Source: an uncultured Clostridia bacterium
GTDB taxonomy: Bacteria; Bacillota; Clostridia; Christensenellales; Borkfalkiaceae
Length of the DNA: 64,000 bases
Direction: 5' to 3'
Assembly: GCA_947629485.1 (NCBI GenBank)
Contig: CANRDX010000001.1
Coordinates: 6,663 to 70,662 of the forward strand
Both the position numbers and the translations under genes were made by a program. Each line of letters starts with the position of its first letter. Within the stretch, counting starts at the first letter, position 1. The notes under the pieces were generated by a model. The model was not told the DNA's origin, made no database searches, and was given only the letters and a program-made list of their open reading frames with translations. This document shows positions 46,559 through 54,636 of this stretch, in pieces.

Positions 46559-47497
46559 ATGAAAAAGAGTTTCCGTCGTATCGGCGCAGGCGTCGCCGTC
46601 GCCGCGCTTCTCTCGGGCACCGTCATGATGTTTACGGGCTGCACGACGCAGCACCCCGAGGTCACGATCACCTACGAATTCCACGGCGAGACCTACGAGG
46701 TGGAGTACACGCTCTCGCGCGAGGACGCGCCCCGCACCGTGACCCATTTCATCGAACTTGCGGACGCAGGTTATTACGATTACGACGATGAGACGAATAC
46801 GGGCTTTATCATTCACGACTACACGAGCGAATACCTGATGACGGGCGGCTACCGTCTCGTCGAGGGCGAACTCGAAGAAGTGGATTATTTTACCGTCGTC
46901 AAAGACCTCGAAGAGAGCCTTTCCAAGCCCTTCACCAAGTCCGTCTGGATGAACGCGAGCAGCGCGGGTTCGCCCGCGAAGGGCGAAGCGCTCTATTCCG
47001 TGTTCGGCGAAGCACCCGGGAAGATCGATTCGCAGTACGGCAGGGAGTACGGCCACAGGCAGGGTGCCCTCGTCATGTACTATACGGATAAGAGCGAAAC
47101 GGAGCAAGTCGTCGTCGAGCGTTCGGATAAGGGCAAGGGCAACGACGGCGAGATCCTTCAAGAGGAGAATTACGCCGTAAACAGCGCGACGTCGCTCTTT
47201 TATACGTGGCTCAGCACGAGTTCAAGCTCTTCGCAGGAGGGCTTCAAAACCAACAACTACACCGTGTTCGGCATGGCGAAGAACTACACGGAGGATCTCG
47301 AAGAGGGGCTTTTGAAGGCGATAAAGGAGTATATCGAAGGCTTGGCGGAGGACGAGAGCTTCACCCAAGATCAGGAAGTCCAGCTGAACCAATACGAGCC
47401 GTTCCAGAGAGTGAGAGAGGATTACAGGACGAAGACGTTCAAAACGCCGATCACGGAGCCGATCATTCTCCGCTCCGTCGAAGTCACCAAGTATTGA
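46559..47497 (+). CDS. Lipoprotein, divergent cyclophilin-type peptidylprolyl isomerase
   Basis: Lipobox FTGC. APRTVTHFIELADAGYYD and NYTVFGMAKN fit the cyclophilin pattern, but the catalytic core is diverged and carries insertions. Confidence 0.55.
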   Translation: MKKSFRRIGAGVAVAALLSGTVMMFTGCTTQHPEVTITYEFHGETYEVEYTLSREDAPRTVTHFIELADAGYYDYDDETNTGFIIHDYTSEYLMTGGYRLVEGELEEVDYFTVVKDLEESLSKPFTKSVWMNASSAGSPAKGEALYSVFGEAPGKIDSQYGREYGHRQGALVMYYTDKSETEQVVVERSDKGKGNDGEILQEENYAVNSATSLFYTWLSTSSSSSQEGFKTNNYTVFGMAKNYTEDLEEGLLKAIKEYIEGLAEDESFTQDQEVQLNQYEPFQRVREDYRTKTFKTPITEPIILRSVEVTKY

Positions 47498-47525
47498 TCG
47501 CGCAAATGAATTGAAGAAAAGAGGC

Positions 47526-47563
47526 CGACCCCGTTGACTTTCCGTCAACGGGGTCGATTTTTA
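47526..47563 (+). terminator. Strong intrinsic terminator
   Basis: Perfect 13-bp stem cgaccccgttgac/gtcaacggggtcg with loop tttcc, then attttta. Confidence 0.85.
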
Positions 47564-47569
47564 TAAGCG

Positions 47570-47880
47570 CTTGTGAGGGGGAAGCCCTACCCTTCGCTTG
47601 CGAGGGGGAGGGTGGCACGGCTTCGCCGTGACAGGTGGGGGTAGAGCTGCCCCCTTTGAAGGGGGCGGCTCCCGCGTAGCGGGTGGTGGGGGTTGATTTT
47701 CTTAATACGTCATGTTGAGCTTGCCGAAACATCACCGCATTATAATAAGGTGATACTTCGACTTCGCTACGCTTCGCTCAGTATGACGGATTAGAACGTG
47801 CGCGCGGGGCAGTATGACGATTTTAGCCTTCCCCCCTCGGGGGGAAGGTGCCGAGCAAAGCGAGGCGAATGAGGGGCAAT
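47570..47880. repeat. Mosaic of GC-rich hairpin repeat modules (locus F)
   Basis: 47604-47641 matches 7391-7428 and is related to 11955-11988. 47644-47700 matches 6993-7050. 47708-47736 and the inverted copy at 47749-47788 match 2058-2086. Confidence 0.85.
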
Positions 47881-47938
47881 ACTTTAATTACGTCATCGTC
47901 CCGCCCTTTGACACCGATCAAGCGGCGTATCAGAATAT

Positions 47939-48817
47939 TCATTCCATCGGCGAGATGTTGGAGATCTTCCCGTCCTCAAAGGAGACGCGAAAATATCGCA
48001 CGTCAAAGACGTTTTCCTTCCGCCGATAGACCAGCCCGACTTCCTCCCCCTTTTCGGTGAGTACGACGGAGAGATAATCCCCGAGAAACTCTTTGAGCGC
48101 GCCCGCCTTCTCCGCGATGGACGGCGCGAGAAAGGGGGTGCAATCGGCGTCGGCGCGCACGCATTCAAAGAGGGCGAGCGCATACGCGGCGGAAGAAGCC
48201 TCCCGCCGTGCGCGAATGGAGCGGCGAACGAGAGCGCCGTTCTCATAGACGCACAGCGCGGTATGCCCCATAGAGTCGTGGTAGGGGATCTCCGCGGCGA
48301 TCTCTCTTCCGCGTTTTGTCACCCTTCCCTCGGAGAGAACGAGCTTTTCCCCCGCCCGCGAAAGAAGGAGGAAGGCGTCCTTCCCCTCGATCAAAAACAC
48401 CTCGCCCGCCTCGCAGAACGAGGCGTCCTCGAAGGCGTCGGGCAGCGTCATGAGGTGGAATCCCGTCTCATTTTCCGCCGAGAGCTGCACGCTCCCCTGC
48501 ACGAAGAGGGTGAAGAGGGTGTCCGCGATCCGCTGCTGCCGCACGACGCGCATGCCCGCATCCTCTCTCAAAAAGCCGCGGCAGTAGATCGCCGCGCCCT
48601 GTCGCGTGTGATACAGTTCGATATGCGGCGGCGGCGCAAAAAGAAAATCGCCGTCGAAGCGGAAACGCACGGGGTGAAAGCCCGCGGGCTTGCACTCCAC
48701 GAAACAGCCGTCGGCGGGATCGAGTTCCACGGAGCGTTCAAAGCCGTCGGCATAGCCGAGGAACAGCCCGTTCACGGTGACGGCGCACAGCTTTTCAGCC
48801 AAAAAAAAGACCCTCAT
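47939..48817 (-). CDS. Hypothetical protein, no family recognised
   Basis: About 292 aa from ATG 48817 (MRVFFLAEKL). Amino-acid composition is coding-like. Divergent from the Myb-like gene. Confidence 0.55.
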   Translation of the reverse strand: MRVFFLAEKLCAVTVNGLFLGYADGFERSVELDPADGCFVECKPAGFHPVRFRFDGDFLFAPPPHIELYHTRQGAAIYCRGFLREDAGMRVVRQQRIADTLFTLFVQGSVQLSAENETGFHLMTLPDAFEDASFCEAGEVFLIEGKDAFLLLSRAGEKLVLSEGRVTKRGREIAAEIPYHDSMGHTALCVYENGALVRRSIRARREASSAAYALALFECVRADADCTPFLAPSIAEKAGALKEFLGDYLSVVLTEKGEEVGLVYRRKENVFDVRYFRVSFEDGKISNISPME

Positions 48818-48878
48818 TACTATATGCAATGTATATTGCGATAAAATTATGTCAACAATTTTTTCCGAGGTGGTCATC

Positions 48879-49433
48879 ATGAATAAAATCAACGGCTACA
48901 CGGAAGAGGAAGCGATCGGTCTCATCGAATACATTTACAGCGGAAAGAACGCGGGAAAGACGCTTTCCTATCTTTTCGAGACGTACGGGAAGGAGCACAG
49001 CCGCGCAAAGGGCAGCGTGCGGAACTACTATTATGCCTTTCTCAAACAAAACGACGAGCGCGCGAAGCGCATTCTCGAAGGGAAAAATCTCACGGCGGGC
49101 GAGATAAAGCCCTTCACCGAAGAGGAAACGGAGGAACTGCTCGGCAAAGTGCTTGAAGGCAGGCGGAAGGGCTATTCCGTCCGCAAAAGCATCATCGAGG
49201 CGGCGGGCGGCGACGAAAAGCTCATGCTGCGCATGCAGAACAAGTACCGCAATCTTCTCAAAAAGGAGCCGGAGCGCGTCGAGCGCGCGGCAAAGAAGGC
49301 GGGCGTTGCGAATCCCTTCCTGCAAAAGCGTCTCGAACGGGAGATCGATGCGCTCTATGCGCGCATCGCCGAGGATCTTCGCCGCGAGAACGAACGGCTG
49401 CGCGCCGAACTCGAAAAACTCAAAGAGACCTGA
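48879..49433 (+). CDS. Protein with two SANT/Myb-like repeats and a C-terminal coiled coil (RsfA-like architecture)
   Basis: The repeats are YTEEEAIGLIEYIY..GSVRNYYYAFLKQ and FTEEETEELLGKVL..MQNKYRNLLKK. The tail is a heptad-like LEREIDALYARIAEDLRRENERLRAELEKLKE. Confidence 0.55.
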   Translation: MNKINGYTEEEAIGLIEYIYSGKNAGKTLSYLFETYGKEHSRAKGSVRNYYYAFLKQNDERAKRILEGKNLTAGEIKPFTEEETEELLGKVLEGRRKGYSVRKSIIEAAGGDEKLMLRMQNKYRNLLKKEPERVERAAKKAGVANPFLQKRLEREIDALYARIAEDLRRENERLRAELEKLKET

Positions 49434-49507
49434 TCTCCCAAATATCCCCATGCCCGCGGGCGAATAACGCGCGTATTGCTTCACAAACTGCGGGTATGGA
49501 GGGTAGT

Positions 49508-49711
49508 ATGGAAAAGTTATTCTGCCTCGGAGTTGCGCTCGGCATGGTCGGCGGCGCGCTCCTCGTCGCGAACAGCTATAAGGCGCGCTCTCTCGTAAAG
49601 AAGAGCCAGGCTGAGATCATCGACAAGATGGACGAGATGATGGACGAGCGTCTGAAAGCCATGAGCGAGGGCGAAGAAAAGAAAACCGCCAAGAAGAAGG
49701 AGCAGAAATAA
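49508..49711 (+). CDS. Small single-TM protein with a charged tail
   Basis: 67 aa from MEKLFCLGVALGMVGGALLVANS. GGAGGG lies 6 nt upstream of ATG 49508. Confidence 0.5.
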   Translation: MEKLFCLGVALGMVGGALLVANSYKARSLVKKSQAEIIDKMDEMMDERLKAMSEGEEKKTAKKKEQK

Positions 49712-49712
49712 G

Positions 49713-49745
49713 GAAAACGCGGCAGACGCCGCGTTTTCTCTTTCC
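49713..49745 (+). terminator. Terminator-like hairpin
   Basis: 11-bp stem gaaaacgcggc/gccgcgttttc with loop agac. The T-tract that follows is weak. Confidence 0.5.
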
Positions 49746-49789
49746 GCTTTTTCTTGCTTTTTCACGCGATAAGTGGTATACTGTTGTGC

Positions 49790-50503
49790 ATGGAGCTGAT
49801 CGCCGCATTCGACATTGGGGATAGGCGCGTCGGCGTCGCTTTTTCCGATCCGACGTTGACATATGCGATCCCTTCGCAGACGTATTTCCGCACCGGGCGC
49901 TTCCGCGAGGACGTAGCCGCCCTCGCTTCGCTCGCAAGGGCGCGCGGGGCGACGAAGATCGTGTGCGGGCTTCCCCTCTCGGAGGACGGAAGCGAGAGCG
50001 CGCAATCGGAAAAGACGCGGCGTTTTGCCGCGGCGCTCGAACAGGAGGCGGGACTCCCCGTCGTCTTGGAGGACGAACGGTTCACGACCCGCGCGGCGCG
50101 CGCCGATCTGAACTATCTCGGCGTCAGCGCGAAGAAGGACAAAAAAAAGAAGGCCGTCGATTCGCTTGCGGCGGCGTATATTCTGGAAAATTATCTTGCG
50201 GAGGAGAGAGACATGAAAGAGGAAAGAAACGACTACGAAGAGGATCCCATCGTCGAACTTGTCGACGACGACGGAAAGACGTATCGCTACGAGCACCTCA
50301 TGACCTTTGAATATGAGGGGAAGTGGTACATCGCGCTCACGCCCGAGGGGGCGGAAGAGGACGACGAGGAGGACGTCGCGATCTACGCGATCGTCGGCAG
50401 CGAAGAGGACGAGCACCTCGAAACCATCGAGGACGAGGCGCTGCTCGACGCGGTATTCGCGGAATTTTTGAGGCAGTACGAGGCCGACGACGAGGAGGAC
50501 TGA
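49790..50503 (+). CDS. ruvX: RuvX (YqgF) pre-16S rRNA nuclease fused in frame to a DUF1292 (YrzB-like) domain
   Basis: N-terminal FDIGDRRVGVAFSD..LEDERFTT..AAAYILENYL. The C-terminal part is IVELVDDDGKTYRYEHLMTFEYEGKWYIALTPE..IEDEALLDAVFAEF. There is no stop codon between the two parts. Confidence 0.8.
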   Translation: MELIAAFDIGDRRVGVAFSDPTLTYAIPSQTYFRTGRFREDVAALASLARARGATKIVCGLPLSEDGSESAQSEKTRRFAAALEQEAGLPVVLEDERFTTRAARADLNYLGVSAKKDKKKKAVDSLAAAYILENYLAEERDMKEERNDYEEDPIVELVDDDGKTYRYEHLMTFEYEGKWYIALTPEGAEEDDEEDVAIYAIVGSEEDEHLETIEDEALLDAVFAEFLRQYEADDEED

Positions 50504-50620
50504 GATCCTTATTTTTCTGCCGCGGATCGTAAAAACCGCGGTATTTTCTCATTTTTTGAAAGAAAATCGACGATTTAGATTATATTTCGACAAATATCGA
50601 AATAAGAAAAAGGAGCGGTT

Positions 50621-51496
50621 ATGCAAGAGGAACGTTACGGGCTGAATAAAAACCTCGCGCAGATGTTGAAGGGCGGCGTGATCATGGACGTCACCACACC
50701 CGAACAGGCGAGGATCGCAGAGGAGGCGGGCGCATGCGCTGTCATGGCGCTCGAACGGATCCCCGCGGATATCCGCGCGGCGGGCGGCGTCGCGCGCATG
50801 TCCGATCCCAAGATGATCAAGGGCATTCAGAGCGCGGTCTCCATTCCCGTCATGGCGAAGTGCCGCATCGGGCATATCGCCGAGGCGCGCATTCTCGAAG
50901 CCATCGACATCGACTTCATCGACGAGAGCGAAGTCCTCTCTCCCGCCGACGATAAATACCATATCGACAAGACGAAATTCTCCGTGCCCTTTGTGTGCGG
51001 GGCGCGGGATCTCGGCGAGGCGCTTCGCCGCATTGCGGAGGGCGCCGCGATGATCCGCACGAAGGGCGAACCGGGGACGGGGGATATCGTGCAGGCGGTG
51101 CGCCATATGCGCGCCATGAACAGCGAGATCGCACGCCTCTCGTCCCTTCGCGACGACGAACTGTTCGAGGCCGCCAAAACGTTAGGCGTTCCCGTCGAAC
51201 TCGTGCGAGCCGTCCATGAGAGCGGAAAACTCCCTGTCGTCAACTTTGCGGCGGGCGGCGTCGCGACCCCTGCGGACGCCGCGCTCATGATGCAGCTCGG
51301 CGCGGAGGGCGTGTTCGTCGGAAGCGGTATCTTCAAGTCGGGCGACCCCGCAAAGCGCGCCCGCGCCATCGTGCAGGCGGTCACCCACTTTGAGGACGCG
51401 AAGTATCTTGCCGAACTTTCCGAGGATCTCGGGGAAGCGATGGTGGGGATCAACGAACAGGAGATCCGGATCCTGATGGCGGAGCGCGGAAAGTGA
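50621..51496 (+). CDS. pdxS: Pyridoxal 5'-phosphate synthase lyase subunit PdxS
   Basis: [15 protein letters not shown] and DESE motifs. Confidence 0.97.
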   Translation: MQEERYGLNKNLAQMLKGGVIMDVTTPEQARIAEEAGACAVMALERIPADIRAAGGVARMSDPKMIKGIQSAVSIPVMAKCRIGHIAEARILEAIDIDFIDESEVLSPADDKYHIDKTKFSVPFVCGARDLGEALRRIAEGAAMIRTKGEPGTGDIVQAVRHMRAMNSEIARLSSLRDDELFEAAKTLGVPVELVRAVHESGKLPVVNFAAGGVATPADAALMMQLGAEGVFVGSGIFKSGDPAKRARAIVQAVTHFEDAKYLAELSEDLGEAMVGINEQEIRILMAERGK

Positions 51497-52059
51497 AGAT
51501 CGGCGTTCTCGCCTTGCAGGGGGCGTTTTATGAGCATGAACAGGCGTTGCGGCGGTTGGGTGCGGAATGCGTTGAGATCCGCCGTCCCGTAGATCTTCGC
51601 GGCGTCTGCGGGATCGTTCTTCCCGGCGGGGAATCCACCGTGCAGGGCAAACTTCTCCGCGAAGAAGGGCTACTTGCGCCCTTGCGGGAAGCGATCGAGG
51701 GGGGCATGCCCGCGTTCGGCACCTGCGCGGGGCTGATTTTGCTCGCCAAAGAGATCGTGAACGATCCGAACGTGTATCTGGGTACCATGTCCGTGGCGGT
51801 GCGGCGCAACGCCTACGGCAGGCAGCTCGGCTCTTTCAAGGCGGTTGCGGACATGGGTGGCATAAAAGACTTCCCGATGGTGTTCATTCGCGCGCCGTAT
51901 ATCGAACGCGTCGAAGGGGAGGCGGAGATCGTTGCGACCGTAGACGGACATATCGTCGCCGCCCGCGAGAAAAACATGCTCGTCACCGCCTTTCATCCCG
52001 AGCTTACGGAAGATCTTCGCGTGCACGAATACTTTTTACATATGGCAGAGGGCGTATGA
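51493..52059 (+). CDS. pdxT: Pyridoxal 5'-phosphate synthase glutaminase subunit PdxT
   Basis: [21 protein letters not shown] (catalytic Cys) and FHPE. GTGA overlap with pdxS. Confidence 0.95.
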   Translation: MKIGVLALQGAFYEHEQALRRLGAECVEIRRPVDLRGVCGIVLPGGESTVQGKLLREEGLLAPLREAIEGGMPAFGTCAGLILLAKEIVNDPNVYLGTMSVAVRRNAYGRQLGSFKAVADMGGIKDFPMVFIRAPYIERVEGEAEIVATVDGHIVAAREKNMLVTAFHPELTEDLRVHEYFLHMAEGV

Positions 52060-52658
52060 GCAGGCGCAATTACGACGCCGAAATGCAGGATATCATGCGG
52101 GGCGCGGCGGGGAAGCGGCTACTTCTCCACAGCTGTTGCGCGCCCTGTTCCTCCTATTGTCTCGAACAGCTTTCCCCCGTGTTCCGCGTGACCGTCTTTT
52201 ATTTCAACCCCAACATCGACTCGAAGGAGGAGTACGAGAGGCGCAAGGCGGAGGAGATCCGCTTTCTCGCCGAGACGGGCTACGCTGATTTTCTCGACTG
52301 CGATCACAGCGCGGAGCTGTTCGAGGAGGCTGTCCGCGGCTATGAGGGGGAGCGAGAGGGCGGGGCGCGCTGCCCCATCTGCTTCGAGCTTCGCCTTCGC
52401 CGCACCGCGGAGGAAGCAAAGCGGGGCGGGTACGACTATTTTGCCACCACGCTCACCCTTTCCCCGCTCAAAAACGCGGAACTTCTCAACCGCATCGGCT
52501 TCTCTCTCGCGGAGGAATTGCAGATCGCATATCTTCCCACCGATTTCAAGAAGCGGGGAGGATATCTCCGCTCCGTCGAGCTTTCAAAGGAGCACGGGCT
52601 TTACCGCCAGAACTATTGCGGCTGCATCTATTCAAAGCGGGAGAGAGATCTCCGCTGA
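52056..52658 (+). CDS. queH: Epoxyqueuosine reductase QueH (DUF208)
   Basis: LLLHSCCAPCS, CPICFELR and YCGCIYS cysteine motifs. ATGA overlap with pdxT. Confidence 0.88.
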   Translation: MSRRNYDAEMQDIMRGAAGKRLLLHSCCAPCSSYCLEQLSPVFRVTVFYFNPNIDSKEEYERRKAEEIRFLAETGYADFLDCDHSAELFEEAVRGYEGEREGGARCPICFELRLRRTAEEAKRGGYDYFATTLTLSPLKNAELLNRIGFSLAEELQIAYLPTDFKKRGGYLRSVELSKEHGLYRQNYCGCIYSKRERDLR

Positions 52659-52686
52659 AAATCTATCGAAATAAAACGGAGCAAAT

Positions 52687-52721
52687 AAAAAATCGCCGAC
52701 TGTTCGGCGATTTATTTTTTT
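52687..52721. terminator. Bidirectional intrinsic terminator
   Basis: 10-bp stem aaatcgccga/tcggcgattt with loop ctgt, flanked by an A-run and a T-run. Confidence 0.85.
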
Positions 52722-52951
52722 GTATCCGTATTTGCGTATCGTTTCGGCTCGTCCGTCTGCCCCAACAAATAGTCGATACTCGTATTATAGAATTGCGCGA
52801 GGCGTATCAAAACATCGGTGGGCAGATCGTTTTCGCCCGTTTCATATTTCGAATACCCCGTTTGCGACATTCCGAGCATCTTTGCGACTTCGGTCTGATT
52901 CAAATCATGGTCTTCCCGCAGATCCCGGATCCGTCGATACATTCTTCTCAT
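52712..52951 (-). CDS. XRE-family helix-turn-helix transcriptional regulator
   Basis: LREDHDLNQTEVAKMLGMSQTGYSKYETGENDLPTDVLIRLAQFY. The start is ambiguous between ATG 52951 and ATG 52942. GC content is visibly lower than in the flanking genes. Confidence 0.85.
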   Translation of the reverse strand: MRRMYRRIRDLREDHDLNQTEVAKMLGMSQTGYSKYETGENDLPTDVLIRLAQFYNTSIDYLLGQTDEPKRYANTDTKK

Positions 52952-52973
52952 TTTCTTTGCCACTCTGAAAAAA

Positions 52974-52982
52974 ATTATAACA
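52974..52982 (-). promoter_or_regulatory. Extended -10 element for the XRE gene
   Basis: Minus strand reads TGTTATAAT. It lies back to back with the plus-strand promoter at 53000-53028. Confidence 0.45.
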
Positions 52983-52999
52983 CGAATGCGCGGAAGTAC

Positions 53000-53028
53000 T
53001 TGACATATAACCTGTTTTAGGTTAAAAT
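53000..53028 (+). promoter_or_regulatory. Consensus sigma-A promoter for the PH-domain gene
   Basis: TTGACA, 17-nt spacer, TAAAAT. The inverted repeat ttgttgaa-N8-ttcaacaa (53033-53056) lies just downstream. Confidence 0.65.
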
Positions 53029-53091
53029 AGGGTTGTTGAAGGGCACGATTCAACAAAAAAACAAACAATAGGAGAAAAAAGGAGAGCAAAA

Positions 53092-53538
53092 ATGAGTAAG
53101 TACGTAGAGAACAATTTGCAAAAAGGGGAAACGATCGTAAAGAAAGCGAAGATCACAATGCTCTTTGCTTTCATGCACATCACGAACATTCTGATCATTC
53201 CGCTCATCGTCCGCCTTGTTAAGGTCAAAAACATCGCGCTTGCCTTCACCAATAAGCGGATCGTCGGAAAGGTCGGCGTCATTAAGACGTAGGCGCTCGA
53301 CGCCCCGCTCAACAAGATCCAGAATTGCTCCGTGAAACAGGGCTTGGGGGGCAAAATTTTCAATTACGGTACGATCAGAGTCGACACTGCCGCGGGAAAA
53401 TTTGAATTCGGCGGCGTGAAGGACGCCAATGGATTCAAGAATGCGCTCATGGCGCAGACCGACAAATTTGAAGAGGACAGAATGCAACAGCAGGCCAGCC
53501 AGATGGCGCAAGCAATGGCGGGCGTTCTCAATAGGTAA
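53092..53538 (+). pseudogene. Bacterial PH-domain (bPH_2/YdbS-like) membrane protein interrupted by one in-frame TAG
   Basis: ORFs 53092-53292 and 53332-53538 are in the same frame. Reading through TAG 53290-53292 gives a contiguous bPH-like sequence ..FTNKRIVGKVGVIKT*ALDAPLNKIQNCSVKQGLGGKIFNYGTIRVDTAAGKFEFGGV.. Confidence 0.7.
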
Positions 53539-53644
53539 GGTAGAATTCCGCTATCGTGTCGGCGTGTTCAACCATAGTTCATACTCCTAAAATAGATAGG
53601 AGCGTCGGGGACGTATGTCCTCGGCGCTCTCTTCTATCATGCCG

Positions 53645-54505
53645 TTATTTCGCGCGGCGGAGGGAGAAAGTTTCCGTCTCCTCTCCCGTGAGCAAGTTTC
53701 GTGCGAATAGCTCCTTCGGCAGTACCGTGTCCGCGTTGAACGCTTCCAAAAATGCCGAAATGCAGTGCGCGCTCTCCCGCACCGCATGCAAAAAGAGCGC
53801 GTCGGCGTCGGCGCCCCGCCCCTCGGAGAGTGCGGCGAAGTTCTTCCCGCCGAGGTAATCGGAATTGAGCGCGGCGCGCGGATAGAATGCCGAAAAACCG
53901 AGGTGGCGCAGCACCCTTCCCCGCGCCCTGTGGAAGTGCCCGAGATAAAGCCCGAACAGGCGCGTCATGCGGCGGAAAGCGCGCATATCGAACTTCTTTT
54001 CGCATGCCCGAAACGCTTCGCCCAAAAAATCGCAGAGGGCGCCGTCGCGCGCGATCGCTTTGAGATCGAAGGGGAAGGTATACCCCGTTGCGCTCTTTCC
54101 GCGCAGAACGCGGAGAAAGTAGACGTCCCAATCCGTTTCGATCCGCTGGTGGGTGTAGCGCGCCGCGTCGTGCGTTTGAAGATATCGGTAGATGAAGGGG
54201 TGAAAGACGACGTCCGCGGCAAGATGCGAGCAAAATCCCAGCGCATAGGCGAGGCAGTGCGCGAAATCCTCTCCCGCAAAGGCGGGAAGTGCACCGAGCA
54301 TCGCGGAGAAAAAGGGATATGCGCCGCGGTGGAGCGTCTTCCCGAAATTGCCGCGCTTGAAGGGGCGGTAGAAGAAAAAGAGATCGGGACCCTGCGCCCC
54401 GAGAAGATAGTAGGCGGGCGCCTTCTCAGCCGCCTTTCGCGCGCCTGCGGGCAGAAGTTCGATCGCTTCCTCGGCAATGAGCTGATGTGTGATACTTGAC
54501 GGCAT
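53645..54505 (-). CDS. Zinc-dependent phospholipase C-like family protein
   Basis: Start placed at ATG 54505 (MPSSITHQLIAEEA) with GGAGGAG RBS. His-rich motifs (THQ, CSHLAADVVFHPF) fit the Zn_dep_PLPC fold. The long upstream extension in the ORF track is rejected. Confidence 0.6.
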   Translation of the reverse strand: MPSSITHQLIAEEAIELLPAGARKAAEKAPAYYLLGAQGPDLFFFYRPFKRGNFGKTLHRGAYPFFSAMLGALPAFAGEDFAHCLAYALGFCSHLAADVVFHPFIYRYLQTHDAARYTHQRIETDWDVYFLRVLRGKSATGYTFPFDLKAIARDGALCDFLGEAFRACEKKFDMRAFRRMTRLFGLYLGHFHRARGRVLRHLGFSAFYPRAALNSDYLGGKNFAALSEGRGADADALFLHAVRESAHCISAFLEAFNADTVLPKELFARNLLTGEETETFSLRRAK

Positions 54506-54550
54506 GATCTCCTCCGCCTCTATTATATCCCTTTTGCGAAAAAAGTACCG

Positions 54551-54595
54551 AAAAAGAGAAAAAAGTTGCCCCTTTGCGCGGATTGCGCCGAGGGG
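54551..54595 (-). terminator. Intrinsic terminator after yggS
   Basis: Stem gcccct/aggggc enclosing an inner gcgc/gcgc pairing, followed on the minus strand by a T-rich run. Confidence 0.55.
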
Positions 54596-54636
54596 CGGAT
54601 TTCGTAGAATGCGGCGCGGCGGGCGCTCCCTTCTTG

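Noticed and set aside
53290-53292. TAG reassignment (pyrrolysine or an alternative genetic code) as the explanation for the in-frame stop.
   Set aside because: TAG is used as an ordinary stop by ruvC (17700-17702) and era (41862-41864). No pyl genes or a PYLIS-like context are evident in the window. A nonsense mutation, a sequencing error or low-level read-through is more parsimonious.
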